A stretch of 64,000 bases of DNA. It comes from Octopus vulgaris. Its lineage: Eukaryota. The position numbers were made by a program, and so were the translations under genes. Within the stretch, counting starts at the first letter, position 1, and every line of letters starts with the position of its first letter. The notes under the pieces are model-generated. The model ran no database searches, had not been told where the DNA came from, and saw only the letters and a program-made list of their open reading frames with translations. Positions 14,847-29,458 of the stretch are shown piece by piece. The stretch is from the NCBI GenBank assembly GCA_951406725.2, contig OX597824.1, positions 24,800,001-24,864,000 of the forward strand, read 5' to 3'.

Positions 14847-15307
14847 GATTGGCACCCGTGCCAGTGGAACGCTAAGAGCACCATCCGAGTGTGATCGCTG
14901 CCAGAGCAGCTGACTGGCTTCCGTTCCAGTGGTACGTAAGAAGCACCATTCAAACGTGATCGTTACCAGCGTAGCCCTACTGGTACTTGTGCCGGTGACA
15001 TGTGAAAAACATTCGAGCGAGGTCGTTGCCAGTGCTGGTGGACTGGCTCCTGTGCAGGTGGCACGTAAAAAACATCACTTGAGCGTGGACGTTGCCAGTA
15101 CCGCCTGACTGGCCATCGTGCCGGTGGCACGTAAAATCACCCACTACACTCTCGGAGTGGTTGGCGTTAGGAAGGTCATCCAGCTGTAGAAACTCTGCCA
15201 GATCAGATTGGAGTCTGGTGCAGCCATCTGGCTCGCCAGTCCTCAGTCAAATCGTCCAACCCATGCTAGCATGGAAAGCGGACGTTAAAAGATTATGATG
15301 ATGATGA

Positions 15308-15310
<3 letters not shown>
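14847..15310 (+). mobile_element. SINE-like element with internal ~60-65 bp tandem repeats and an RTE-type (GAT)n tail
   Basis: About five repeats of CTGG...GTGCCGGTGGCACGTAAAA..CA; ends GGACGTTAAAAGATTATGATGATG. Confidence 0.65.
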
Positions 15311-15355
<45 letters not shown>

Positions 15356-15619
15356 TGGTGATGTACTTGCTTAGCAAGTGACCTGATCTGAGATCGTGTG
15401 CTGAAACAAAAACAATTGCAACGTGGAATGTGTTTAGAAGGCATTTAAAAACACATAAAAACCGTTAGATTCACTTCAACATTTAAATTTAATTTGCCAG
15501 AATATTTTCATCGCTTTGAGGCCGCAATCTGTTCCGCATAGCACAGAATTTTGTCAGTGTATAGGTTGCGGTCTCAAAGCGACGAAAATATTTTGGCAAA
15601 TGAAATCCGTCGGAGGGAT

Positions 15620-16014
15620 AACCCCAAGGTCAATGAGATTACAACCCACAGTATGGAAGTAGCCATAGCCATTCTTAACAAGGAGTACTGGTAGAATTTT
15701 CAAGCGAAAACCTCAATATAAGGCAAACATAATAGACCTGACATAGGGATTTGTAACAGAGAAGAGAAACTGTGTACAGTTGTGGAAATCAGCTGCTCAG
15801 AGGATGTTAATATACGGCTAAAGATCAACTAATAAGAAAATATGCTGAACTATTGAGAAATCTACATTCATTCAACCCACATTACAACCTGTAATTATTG
15901 CGGCACCAGGATATGTAACACACTGCCTAAATACCAATCTTAAAGAAATTAAGGCTTCTCAAAACCAGAAAGGAGAAAGCTGATTGGAAGACTACAGATC
16001 CGATCCATCACTGG
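15620..16014 (+). mobile_element. Decayed non-LTR retrotransposon, restriction-like endonuclease domain (R2/R4/NeSL group)
   Basis: Translation with stops: KEYW*N...KHNRPDIGICNREEKLCTVVEISC (PD..E motif), later PVII..PGYV. Confidence 0.7.
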
Positions 16015-16383
16015 TACTCTTTTACTCTTTTACTTGTTTCAGTCATTTGACTGCGGCCATGCTGCAGCACCGCCTTTAATCGAGCAACTCGACCCCCGGG
16101 ACTTATTCTATCGGTCTCTTTTGCCGAACCGCTAAGTAACGGGGACATAAACACACCAGCATCGGTTGTCAAGCAATGCGAGGGGGACAAACACAGACAC
16201 ACAAACACACACATAGATATATATATATACATATATACGACGGGGTTTTTTTTCAGTTTCCGTCTGCCAAATCCACTCACAAGGCTTTGGTCGACCCGAG
16301 GCTATAGTAGAAGACACTTGCCCAAGGTGCCACGCAGTGGGACTGAACCCGGGACCATGTGGTTGGTAAACAAGCTACTTACC
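16015..16383 (-). mobile_element. SINE family C
   Basis: Collinear with 27151-27548, 5'-truncated. Confidence 0.85.
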
Positions 16384-16761
16384 CTGTAAAAATCTGTAAA
16401 ACTTTCCAGAAGTTTATCATTTAAGTATATATGTGCACGTCTAGACATGCAACTTATATGCATGAGAACATATGCATAAAACAAAACATAAAAATTTGCA
16501 CATGCACTAACTCCAAATACTGCACATATACACACAAATACAAGCAAGAATACCCTGGTTATGTTGAAATTCCTATGAAAGAGCCTTGGAGTTGGGTTAG
16601 AAACCGGCTCTTTCTCTATTGACAAGAAATTTTGAAATAAAACTGAATGACATACATACACACAGACGCAATCGTACACACAAATGCATATATATATGTA
16701 TATATTTGAGTATGTGTGTGTGCATGTATTTGTTAGTGTGGGTGTTTGTGCATGTGTGTGT

Positions 16762-16826
<65 letters not shown>

Positions 16827-17306
16827 TGTGTGTGTGTGGAGGGAATGTAGGTATGCTCGTTAGGACTTGAACACAAGAGTTATGATATCCATTTTCAAAA
16901 GATTGTCACAGCTGCAGAGGTCAATACACTACGACAATGGACAAAGGTGGTGGGGCGGAAATGCGTGCGCGTACGTGTGTATGCGTGGTACGTACATGTG
17001 TGTAAGTGTGATAGAAAGAGAGAGAGAGAGAATGTGTGTGTGTGTGTGAGTGGATTGGAGTGAAGGGCTACATGGGATGTGCAGGTATGTGTAGAAAGAC
17101 AGCTAGGCAAATTAAATATAAAATGGACATAGCGTTATATAGAGATAGACAGATAGAATTAATGGCGGAATGAATATTTTAAATGTTTGCCGCGGTCGTT
17201 AACTTTTCTCGCCAAATTCAAATATATCAATCAAGGTTAAACTTTCTGTCAGCAATCTACAACACCTTCGTTGTTCGCCATAAATCGTTGACATTTCTCG
17301 GATGTA

Positions 17307-17346
<40 letters not shown>

Positions 17347-17351
17347 CATGC

Positions 17352-17427
<76 letters not shown>

Positions 17428-17535
17428 ATAGATACATACATACATACATACATACATACATACATACATACATACATACATACATACATTCATACATACA
17501 TATACACTCACTCAAATATGTGAAAGCATGCATGC

Positions 17536-17584
<49 letters not shown>

Positions 17585-17671
17585 AACATACATACTTACA
17601 TACATACGTACATACATACATACATACATACATACATACATACATACATACATACATACAAGCATGCATAC

Positions 17672-17763
<92 letters not shown>

Positions 17764-18676
17764 GCATATATACATACATATTATATACGAATAGATATAT
17801 GCACGCTTGCTCACACATATATCTACTTCTACACACACACACATACAGGCCCAGTGTGCGAGTGTGTATGCGTACGAGTGTGTATGCATGTGTGTGTATG
17901 CATGTATGTTCGTGTGTGTGTGCATGCGTGTGTTAACGTATGTACGTATGTCTGCATACAAGTACGTGTCTGTATGTGTTACCATATGTCTGGTGAGGAA
18001 TGAGAACGGGGACTTTTATTTGGATGAGGGGGGGGGGTAGGCGAGAGGGAAGTGTGGAATTTTTGCAATTTACTTTTGAATGTTAAGAAAAACAATTGTC
18101 TGTGTGTCGTGTTTGAGATGTTTTAAGGTAGCTAATTATTCGAATTAATTTCAAAACAAACGTGCAATAAATACAGCTGCTGTTTAACTTTAGGTCAGTT
18201 TTGATCGAGCTGATCAAGGATCAAAGGTATTCCATCCAGCCATGACTAACCGTTGTATTTTCTCTTTTTTTTTCTCATCCGTCTGGGACCACATTGTCCA
18301 ATATGTTCTTCACTCTTTTTTCAACGACAGTGAGTGATTTAGGGGCAGATTTAGCTGCTGTTTCTAGCCAATTGTCCGACCATATAGAGGATCCCTTCTT
18401 GGCTCTACAGTTGCGTGTGTTATGGTGTTATGACAGTCAGTGTGTCAAGTTCATTGTAAATATTTGGCAGCTTGTCATCACATCATTGTCAAGGTAACTA
18501 ACTATGAAGCTTTTTTTTTTCTTTTTTTAATTATTTATTTTTTTAAGGAAATCCGTGGCTAGAAATGGCAATGACCTGATGGTTGGAATTGAGTATGATT
18601 AACGTCTTCAAATACGCAATAGTCATGAGTTCGTTTCACATTTAAGGCCAAATCATTGCTTGGTCTTTATCTTATA

Positions 18677-18898
18677 TTCTCTTTTACTTGTTTCAGTCAG
18701 TTGACTGCGGCCATGCTGTAGCAGCGCCTTTTGGTCGGACAAATCGATCCCAGGACTTATTCTTTGTATGCCTAGTACTTATTCTATCGGTCTCTTTTGC
18801 CGAACCGCTAAGTTACGAGGACGTAAACACACCAGCATCGGTTGTCAAGCGATGTTGGGGGACAAACACACAACACAGACACACACATATATATATAG

Positions 18899-18933
<35 letters not shown>

Positions 18934-18949
18934 TATGTATATATGTATA

Positions 18950-19033
<84 letters not shown>

Positions 19034-19034
19034 A

Positions 19035-19088
<54 letters not shown>

Positions 19089-19190
19089 TACATATATACA
19101 TATATACGACGGGCTTCTTTCAGTTTCCGTCTACCAAATCCACTCACAAAGCTTTGGACGGCCCGCTGCTATAGTAGAAGACACTTGCCC
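18677..19190 (-). mobile_element. SINE family C with expanded internal (TA)n
   Basis: Family C tail and body with an internal SSR of ~220 bp; head missing. Confidence 0.85.
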
Positions 19191-19913
19191 AATATAACTG
19201 TCCGTTATATTACTGAAATTGCCATCTTAGATTATCAGAACCAGGATAAACTGCGCGCACTAAACTATTTCTTTCCCTCAATAATTAAAATATCAGCAAT
19301 TTTAGGGAGAGAAGTAAATTGATTACATCGATCTCAGTGCTAATCTGGTATGTTATTTTATCGATAAAGTCGAGCTCGACGGTATTTGAACTCAAAACGT
19401 AAGGCCGGAACAAATGCTACTAAGCACTTTGTCCGTTGTGCTGACGATTCTACCAGCTAACCATATTAATCCTATTACATAATAGTATTAATAAAAAAAA
19501 GAATAGATACTCATAGCAAGAATGTCATTAATCATAAGTGTACTTGATCAGGGGTAATTTGACCCAAAATATTAACAACAACAACAAGATCAATGCCAAC
19601 AATACCTGCAACGATATTAGTGCTATTGAGTCAACGAAGAAGCTTCTATGCTGTCATTCGACATGCTTGAAATATCCACCAAAATTCCCATAAAATCATA
19701 CTCTGCCGTCTTTAGGAAATGATTAACACATCAGAGAACATAGTCCGAAGTACGCTATCCATCACCTCCGCTCTTAAGTACGGACAGGAAGGTCAGAACT
19801 TGAAGTCCTTTGATCATAGCCGTTGCCCAAGATCGGACTTGCCTTCTTCATGCTACCATCAACCAGTTGAATTCTGGTGTTTTCTTCTTGCATTTGACAA
19901 AAATTAGCATTTA

Positions 19914-20993
19914 CACTCTTTTACTCTTTTACATGTTTCAGTCATCTGACTATGGCCATGCTGGAGTACCGCCTTTTAGTAGAGCAAATCGACTCCAGGA
20001 CTTATTCTTTGTAAGCCTAGTACTTATTCGATCGATCTCTTTTGCCGAACCGCTAAGTTACGGGGTCGTAAACACACCAGCATCGGTTGCCAAGCGATGT
20101 TGTGGAGACAAACACAGATACACAAACATATACACATATATATCTCTCTCTATATATAAAAGGCAGTTTGTCTGTCTGTGTGTCTGTCAGGTTGTACCTT
20201 CACCCTGACCACGGCTTTTAACCGATTCTGATGAAACTTGACACACACATAGCCCAATGTCATAATTCAAAACTAACGCAGGGAAAATTTTGGAAAGTTC
20301 CTCCAGTTCTGAAAAAAATCAATAAATTCGACATGGTGTCGAGAATCTAAGTTTATCATATGCAACACATTTTCCGTTGTAGTTTTCGCAACTTGCAATC
20401 GATTTTCACCAAACTCATGGTGAAGATTAATGTTACCCTAAGGAACTTAATTCTGACGTTAGTTTTCCATGCAATACCTTACCATCAGAAAAAATCGATA
20501 GAATCATGCCATTTTGGGAAATCGCGTTCAAATTCAAGATGACATATTTTTGACAATATCTTTAACAAATTGGCAGGAATTTTTTTTGAAATTCACAGCG
20601 AGCATCATGTCTGCTCCAAGGAGCTATATGGCCCTTTTGATTCCAATAGGATACGTTATTACTGGAAAAAATCGGTTAATTACATCATATGTGGCACACA
20701 TGGCAAACCGATTTTTCTGCGATATTTTTTGAAAGTTCACATAGATTTTCCCTACACCTATGTTGTCATAGATTTTCTTCATGCATGCAAGAGAACGGTG
20801 CCTTGAATGCCTTAATGCCTTTTAGGCTTCATTTTACAAAATAACGGTTCAATGAGTGCAAAAAAGGGTAAAAAGGCTTTGGACGGCCCGAGGCTATAGT
20901 AGAAGACACTTGCCCAAGATCCCACGCAGTGGGAATGAACCCGGTACCATATGGTTGGTAAGCAAGCTACTTACCACACAGCCACTCCTGCGC
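19914..20993 (-). mobile_element. SINE family C interrupted by a Helitron-like insertion (20143-20872)
   Basis: Tail half at 19914-20142; head half resumes at 20873. Confidence 0.8.
20143..20872 (+). mobile_element. 3'-truncated non-autonomous Helitron-like element
   Basis: Starts A|TCTCTCTCTATATATAAAAGGCAGTTTGTCTGTCTGTGTGTCTGTC...ACCGATTCTGATGAAACTTG, similar to the 5' end of 29984-30376. No 3' hairpin or CTAG. Confidence 0.65.
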
Positions 20994-21070
20994 TTATAAT
21001 GATTTTTTCTTTGCATTAGGTGTGTAATTTTAATTGACTAATTTGACTTAATACATTTAATATGTTACAC

Positions 21071-21147
<77 letters not shown>

Positions 21148-21436
21148 CTATGTGTTTTTCGTATAGAAGGCAGCCTAGAAAATTTTCTAAGGCCTGGTAA
21201 ATATGAATGTTTGGGAAGTATGAATGAGACGATGTTTAACTGATGAGATTTCATAGCACCGAAACACGTTCAGACTTCTCACTACCTACTGCAAGTCGCC
21301 ATTCAAATTTTCTCAGGTTTCTGTTCTCTGACGATAACAAATTATCATTAATAATTAACGTTAAGGATTTTTTTCTTATTGTCAAAAGCGTAATTTTTAG
21401 TTAATTAGACATTTTGGGTGCTCACTAGGTAAAATG

Positions 21437-21740
21437 TGGAGGCACAATGGCCCAGTGGTTAGGGCAGCAGACTCGCGCCCGGAGAATCGCGGTTTCGATT
21501 CCCAGACCGAGCGTTGTGTGTGTTTATTGAGCGAAAACACCTAAAGCTCCACGAGGCTCCGGCAGGGGGGGGGGCGACGCCTGTTTGTACTCTTTCGCCC
21601 CAACTTTCTCTCACTCTTTCTTCTTGTTTCTTGGGTAACGCTGCGATGGACTGGCGTCCCGTCCAACTGCGGGGAACACATACGCCACAGAAACCGGGAA
21701 ACCGGGCCCATGAGCCTGGCTAGGCTTGAAAAGAGTGCAT
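21437..21740 (+). mobile_element. tRNA-derived SINE family E, near full length
   Basis: A/B boxes (TGGCCCAGTGG; GTTTCGATTCC). Further copies at 25322-25521 (-) and 46634-46864 (-). Confidence 0.8.
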
Positions 21741-21984
21741 AAATAATAAATTTAAAAAAAACTAGGTAAACTATATTATACTCTATTTTACTTATATAAA
21801 AATTGTATATTTCAACTTAAATGTTGCTGCTGTGGCTTTAGTGCCAGGTTAACGCCCTTGTTCAACAGACACAATATCAAAGACTTTCCATATTCAATAA
21901 CCACCAATTTAGGAGTAAACGGATACTTTATTTAATATGTCCTTTCTTTTATCAAGACAGTAGGCATGTAATTTGAGTAACATT

Positions 21985-22875
21985 TTCCTATTATTTCAAG
22001 CAGGTTCAGCGACGATTTAGAAACAGGTTGAGCGGTGATTTTTCTATTACTTCTAACAATTTGAGCGACGATTTTTCTACTACTTCTAACAGGTTGAGCG
22101 GTGATTTTCCTACTACTTCTAACAGGTTGAGCGGTGATTTTTCTACTACTTCTAACAGGTTGAGCGATGATTTTTCTACTACTTCTAACGGGTTGAGCGG
22201 TGATTTTTCTAAACCTAATGAGTTGAGCGGCAACTTTTTTACTTTGTCTTGCTGAGTTAGGGATGATTTTTTTTCTACTATTTCTTACATGTTGAACAGT
22301 GTTTTTTTTTTGGTGGGGGTGTACTATTTTTAACATGTTGAGCAATGATTTAACCCATTAGAAATATTATAATCCATTAGAAGCCCATTTCTATTTCTAA
22401 CAGGGTGAGCGACAATTTTTCCATTTTAACAGGAAGAACGGCAATTTTTCTGTTTCTAAAAGGCTGAGCGGCGATTTAAAAAAATATTTCCAATAGATTA
22501 AAGGACGATTTTCTATTCCCATCTGGTTGAGCGACGACTTTTCTATTTTTAGCAGATTGAACGGCGGTTTTTCTACTATTTCTAGCAAGTTGAGCGGCGT
22601 TTCTTCTATTTGCAAAAGGTTGAGCAGCAATTTTTCTCATACTAGCAGGTTAAACAATAATTTTTTTTCTATTTCTAAGAGAATGATCGTTGATTTTTCT
22701 ACTGTTTCTAGCAGGTTGAGCGACGATTTTTCTCTTTCTAACAGAGTAACGTTTCTTCTATTTCTGATGGGTTGTGCGTCGATTTTTCTAATATTTCTAA
22801 CAGGTTAATGGACGATCTTTCTATTTCTAAGAGACTGAGCTGCGATTTTCCCACTATTTCTAACAGGTTGAGACT
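21985..22875. repeat. Degenerate ~30-33 bp minisatellite (CTAACAGGTTGAGCGGTGATTTTTCTACTACTT)
   Basis: More than 20 recognisable units, most homogeneous at 22020-22210. Confidence 0.85.
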
Positions 22876-23221
22876 CACCTCACGTTTCGTAAACATTTGT
22901 CTGACATTCTAACAATTCAGCCGCCAGTCGACTGTTATTAATCCAAAAGGCTGAACGGTAAGGTTACAGCTTCGGATAGTTTCGAATTCAGAGCTCAGAG
23001 AGCCGGAACAAATACCGTTATATATTTTTACCGTGCCGTCTTTTCACTTAAAAGGAAGTTTTTATTTTCCCAATATCCAGTAGTATTCATTTTGGTTCTG
23101 GGCAAATAATGATTTATTTCTCTAGCAGCACATTGCCTTTGTAAATGGCTTTATTTTTTATCAGAAGATCAACGATAGAGTTCAATATCTCACATTTTGT
23201 ATCTCTTACTCAATCTTTCTC

Positions 23222-23328
<107 letters not shown>

Positions 23329-23433
23329 CTTTCACATCCTTCTCTATATTTCATATTTGCTTTTTTACCGCTTCTCTTCTACATAATTACGCACAACACA
23401 AACTCACACATTCTCTTTCTTTCTCATTTCCCC

Positions 23434-23512
<79 letters not shown>

Positions 23513-23758
23513 AATCTATTTTGGCGTAGCATGCATAGCTTCAGCGTTGTCCTTTAGAATGCAGTATCACAGCGATAAACATATTGGAAAGCTGGTATAA
23601 TGTTAGCGTAGCCCTTAAATCGTTACCAAATTCTGCTTTGAATGCCACTGTCATCATTCATTATGTTAAAACATCAGATAAGGTCAATGACACCGTGTGG
23701 ATATGTGTGTGCATATACATACGCACACACATACCTCTTGGCATATGTGCATATGTAA

Positions 23759-23841
<83 letters not shown>

Positions 23842-23985
23842 CTAACATGATGTGTATGCTCACGCTTAAATAGTGTCGTTGACCTTATACACACACAAAC
23901 CTCATACACACACTTACACATATATATATTTACACACACACACTCACACATATATATACACGCATACATCTATCCATCCATACAT

Positions 23986-24016
<31 letters not shown>

Positions 24017-24156
24017 ATATATATAAAATATATATATATGTATGTATCTATGTATAAGTATATATGCATGTATGTTTATATATATATGTATATATATATA
24101 TATATATATACATACATGCACATATATATATATGTGTATATATATATATATATGTA

Positions 24157-24239
<83 letters not shown>

Positions 24240-25600
24240 GCATTTATGTATGTAGTTATAGTTATATTTCTATGCACATGCACACACGGAGTCATTGACC
24301 TGCAATGTGTGTGCGTGCACTAGTGTGTGTGTATGTGCATGTGCGTGCAAATATGTCCATATGTACATATACACAGGAACAAAGAGTGTGGGGTCGTGTG
24401 TGTCTTTTTTTTTAAATTTCATCTGTCATTATTCTTCAAAATGTTTTCAATAAAATCTCATCCGAGCATCAAATCACTGACAAAGGACTTTTGATGGAAT
24501 TCGGAAAACGGTAAACAGTCTCTTTTTTTCTTTATCTTTTTTTCTTTTAAATTTAATTAACATTTCTAAAACAAAAAGGTGTCATTTAAAAAAAAAATAT
24601 ATTGTTTGCATATTTTCTTTCATTTTTTTTTTCTTCTTTGATATCGAATGAGGGGTCGTTGTAAGAATACATTACACAAAATAAAAGTGTTTATAGAGAA
24701 TATCGCAAAAATGAATAATGAAACGTTGGTATACCCTCCAAGCATCGATCTATTCTCTCTAACTTCTATTCTTTGGTGGGTCGTAAGGGTTAAATTCTCG
24801 ACAACCTCCTCCATAGGGTTCTATCAGAAACGACCATCATTACACTGTGTTCAAATACATGATAGATTTCATAGTAAGGCGAACCGTCAAGTAGCAGCAA
24901 CCAAAGACCGTCACAGATTCAGGATTAACCTGATTGCCAAGGATCAGTGCCTACTTACAGCTGTCATTTTCCGGTATACAGGCGGTGTCAAGGAACATTC
25001 CGACCGAACTGGAACGCAAGTCAGCTGTGCCTTCCTCTTCTTCCAATCAGGACTCACGCCATTAGCCACAAAGAATAATCTCTAATTCGAGCCTACTCTA
25101 AGCTACTAAGAATGCGTGTGGCAACTTGAAGATCCACCCACCACACACGATATACTGGCGGTTGCACGGGCGCGAAAGCTACGTTGTTATCCTCATTCCG
25201 TAAACGGTGGCTTTTAACGGGTGGAGAGCTGAACCATCCTGAGGTACAGAGGATTCGCAATCTAGACGAGGATCTGAAAGTTTATCATACCATAGTGGGT
25301 TACACCATGGTTCCTCTGCTTTGTGGCAGAAGTAGGAAGAAAGAGTGAGAGAAAGTTGTGGTGAAAGAGTACAGCGGGGTTCACCACTACCCCACGCCGG
25401 AGCCTCGTGGAACTTAGGTGTTTTTGCTCAATAAACACTCACAATGCCCGGTCTGGGAATCGAAACCGCGTTCTTACGACCGCGAGTCCGCTGCCCTAAC
25501 CACTGGGTCATTGCGCCTCCATTTAGCTGTGCCATCGTGCTAACGACACAAGCGAACTGGAATCGGCCGTCGCGGTAGTGAAGCTAGTTGGTACCATTCT

Positions 25601-25921
25601 GGCACTCCGTCAGACACGACGATGATAGTTCTAGTTGATCCGATCAACGGAACAGTTAGCTCGTGAAATTAACGGTCAGGCGGCCGGGCAGCCCACAAAC
25701 ACGCGTACCCTTAACGTAGTTCTCAGGAAAATTCAGCGTTACACATGATGGGACAAGGCTGGCCCTTTCATATACGGATACTACTCATTTTTGCCAGCTG
25801 AGTGAACTGGAACGACGTGAAATAAAGTGTCTTGCTAAAAGACACAACGCCCCGCCTGGAATTGAACTTTCGACCATATGATCGTAAACCGAATACCAAC
25901 CACTAAGCGACGCACCTTCAC
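25601..25921 (-). mobile_element. SINE family B, diverged copy
   Basis: Reverse complement of the 6428-6749 unit. Confidence 0.8.
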
Positions 25922-27150
25922 TGATACCATTCTAAAGAAATAAGAGACGGCGGCAAGAGCAATGGTTAACCTAGACAAATAAGTAGGCTCGCAACTCAGC
26001 ACCTAGAAATACAACACCTTATCATCAAACTACATCGCTGAACCTTTAGACTGGCTAAATCGATTGGAGTCTTTTTCATTTCGGACATCCAAGTCAATAG
26101 AAATGGAAGCGATGTTAGGATAGGAGCAATGTTACCAATCTCAACCAGAGACGGACTGAAAGATCGAGCAGAACCAGCGAATGCTTACATCACTTCCGTC
26201 ATAATTGACCGCTTGACCATCTTGTTTTGACCCTGGCCAACTATCATCTCAGCAGATTCAGCATTTTATAGAACAGATGGGGTCTACTAGTCAGACGAAC
26301 AAATCTACTGCCAATATCCTCTATGCTAAAGGTTCGGCATGCCGTAGCTGTTGATGCGCGGGTATGCATTGAAGCAATGGCAACTGTAGAGATTCCTGGG
26401 ACGGTGAGCGGGGGTGGTCCCCCTTCGTAAAATAGGGCTATGCGCTGCTTACCTCTGCCGGAGCTGCAATCCTTGAATCAAGCAAAAACCAAGACTGGGT
26501 GTCTGCTGCTACTTGGAGTGTTAGGTGCTTACAGCCCTCTACTAACTGGGCACTGCGGTTGCACTTGATGTCAGCAATCTATATAGAACTAGTGGTGGGG
26601 AAGAATGATAACGTTTTCAAGGACTTTCATCCTGATGATTATGTATTATCTTTTACATGTTGCGGTCATTAACCAACGGCCATGTTGGAACCCGTCTTGA
26701 AAGGTTTAGTCGAAAACATCAATCCTAGGATGCATGTATTTTAAGCATACCGATCTCTTTTGCAGAACCACTAAGTCACGGAGATGTAAACAAACCAAGG
26801 CTGGCTGTCAAACAATGGGGGCGAGTCAAACACAAAAACAAACACACACACACACACATGACACGCACACACACACACACACACACACATATATGGCGGG
26901 CTTTCACACAGTTTCCCCCAACCAAACACACTCGCAACACATTGGTCATCCTGGGGCTACCGTAGAAGACACACTTGCTCAAGATGCCGCGCATTTAGAC
27001 TGAACCAGAAACCACGAGACTGTAAAGCGAGCTTCTTAACCGCACTGGCATCCCTGCTGTTGGTACATTTAGATACATTTCAATGTCATTGCGATATTAG
27101 TAACTGATGGGGTTTACTAGGTGTAACGGTGTCACCGATATTTGTCTTGC

Positions 27151-27548
27151 TACTCTTTACTCTTTTACTCTTTTACTTGTTTCAGTCATTTGACTGCGGC
27201 CATGCTGGAGCACCGCCTTTAGTCGAGCAAATCGACTCCGGGACTTATTCTTTTGTAAGCCCAGTACTTATCCTATCGGTCTCTTTTGCCGAACCGCTAA
27301 GTTACGGGGACGTAAACACACCAGCATCGGTTGTCAGGCAATGCTAGGGGGACAAACACAGACACACAAACACACACACACATATATACGACAGGCTTCG
27401 TTCAGTTTCCGTCTACCAAATCCACTCACAAGGCATTGGTCGGCCCGGGGCTATAGCAGAAGACACTTGCCCAAGATGCCACGCAGTGGGACTGAACCCG
27501 GAACCATGTGGTTGGTTAGCAAGCTACTTACCACACAGCCACTCCTGC
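27151..27548 (-). mobile_element. SINE family C, full-length, near consensus
   Basis: tRNA-like head GCAGGAGTGGCTGTGTGGTAAG...GGGTTCAGTCCC, short internal (TG)n, (GTAAAAGA)n tail. An adjacent diverged copy lies at 26648-27056. Confidence 0.9.
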
Positions 27549-27937
27549 TACTGTTAATATTTCTCTGGTCTTCGAACTACATGAAGGAAACTCTCGTTTG
27601 TAACAATCCTTACTAGTTTTGGCACAAGGTCAGCAATTTGGAGGGGAGATGGAGTAGTCCAGTACTTGGCTGCTGTTTTATTTTATGGACCCTGAAGAGA
27701 AGAATGGTAGTGTTAACCAGACAGTATTTGAACTCAGGATGTAAAGAGCCGGAACAAATAACGCAAAGCCGTTTCTCTTTCTTACGTTCTAACGATTCTG
27801 CTACCTCCCCACCATATATTTTTTTCAAATGTGAAAAATATAAACTGATAATTACGCTCCATTTATTGAATGAAGAACTGAATGCTCAATAATATTCTGT
27901 AGTTTAAAATTATTATAGATATCGGTTAAAATATATA

Positions 27938-28338
27938 TACTCTTTTACTCTTTTTCTTGTTTCAGTCATTTGACTGTGGCCATGCTGGATTAACGCCTTT
28001 AGTCGAGCAAATCGACCCCAGGACTTATTCTTTGTAAATCTAGTACTTATTTTATCTGTCTGTTTTGCCGAACCGCTAAGTTACGGGGACATAAACACAC
28101 CAGTATCGGTTGTCAAGCGATGGCGGGAGGGACAAACACAAACAAACATATATATATATATATAGATATACATACGACGGGCTTCCTTCAGTTTCCGTTT
28201 ACCAAATCCACTCACAAGGCTTTGGTCGGCCCGAGGCTATAGTAGAAGACAGTTGCCTAAGTAGTCATGCAGTGGGACTGAACCCGTAACCATTTGGTTT
28301 GTAAGCAAGCTACTTACCACACAGCCACTCCTGCGCCT
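27938..28338 (-). mobile_element. SINE family C, full-length
   Basis: Collinear with 27151-27548. Confidence 0.9.
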
Positions 28339-29134
28339 ATGTATAACTAATATTTTTTTTTTGTCTTCATGCGCATTGTGTGTCAAAACATCTTTCGTAT
28401 ATTCTGTAAAGCACACGTGAGTAAGAAAAATAAAGAATCTTGGAACACTGTTAGAAAACAATAAAAATATCCGACTTTCTCTCATCCATTGTTTTCCAAC
28501 TTGAATCGGTGACCTGATTACTTTGCTACCCACGGGTTTAATGAACCTTTTTACTTCAGCATATTTTTGAGAATGGTGAATACAATTCTTTGATGTTGTA
28601 TTCCCCATTGTTATAAACACTCTTTAACTCATAAACTCATAAACTATGGACCGTTGTTATGAATAATTCTTTTGGGAATAAACGTAAAAAGGAATTTCAT
28701 GCAGTTGATCAAATTGTAAATTCCAGTTGATTTCAGGCCAAATATCTCTGGTCATCGTAATGTATCAACAATAACAGCGATTCTTCTTCACTGTGTAGCA
28801 GACCGTTAAAAACTACATATAGTCCCTTCCACGCACTCGGTATCTTATATATTATTATGTTTCTCAATAGCTTAAACCGATTCTAATGACACACATACGA
28901 ATGAAATATTTTCTGGTTTGTTGATGCATTTTATGACCAGAAAGGTAGTTATCGTAGTCCCCCTTGCAACATGTTTGGCCAACACTTCTCCCTTAATTAA
29001 ATGGCACTGATAGTGGTTGATGATCTCTGAAGATATTGAATGATCTTCCATTTAAAAATATTCTTGAAATTTACTCAGGTCTATACCACAGCAATACCTT
29101 TTTTTCAATTTGGTAATACCGTAATACCTAATGA

Positions 29135-29458
29135 AGGCACACGGCTCAGTGGTTAGAGCCTCGAGCTTACGATCGTGAGGTTGTGAGTTCGAATCCTGGA
29201 CAGGGCTGCGTTCTTGAGCAAGACACTTTATTTCACGTTGCTCCATTTCACTCAGCTGTAAAAATGAGTTGCAATGTCACAGGTGCCAAGCTGTATCAGC
29301 CTTTGCCTTTCCCTTGGTTAACACTGGTGGCGTGGAGAGGGAGGCTAGTATGCATGGGCGACTGCTAGTCTTCCATAAACAACCTTGCCCGGACTTGTGT
29401 CTGGGTGGGTAACTTTCTAGGTACAATCCCACGGTCAGTCATGACTGAAGGGGGTCTC
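29135..29458 (+). mobile_element. tRNA-derived SINE, family A, full length
   Basis: Collinear with 4781-5114; AATACCGTAAT is repeated on both flanks. Confidence 0.85.

Noticed and set aside
21932-22345. 137 aa ORF with repeated KITAQPVRSSR
   Set aside because: It is a by-product of a 33 bp minisatellite; neighbouring units have frameshifts and stops.
21985-22875. CRISPR-like appearance of regularly spaced ~33 bp repeats (also 8570-8697 and 14847-15140)
   Set aside because: The units are contiguous tandem repeats without unique spacers; the context is eukaryotic and there are no cas genes.
24620-26600. GC-richer blocks and a 145 aa ORF (24648-25085) as a possible gene
   Set aside because: No recognisable domain or consistent exon structure, and interrupted by SINEs; probably unclassified decayed TE.
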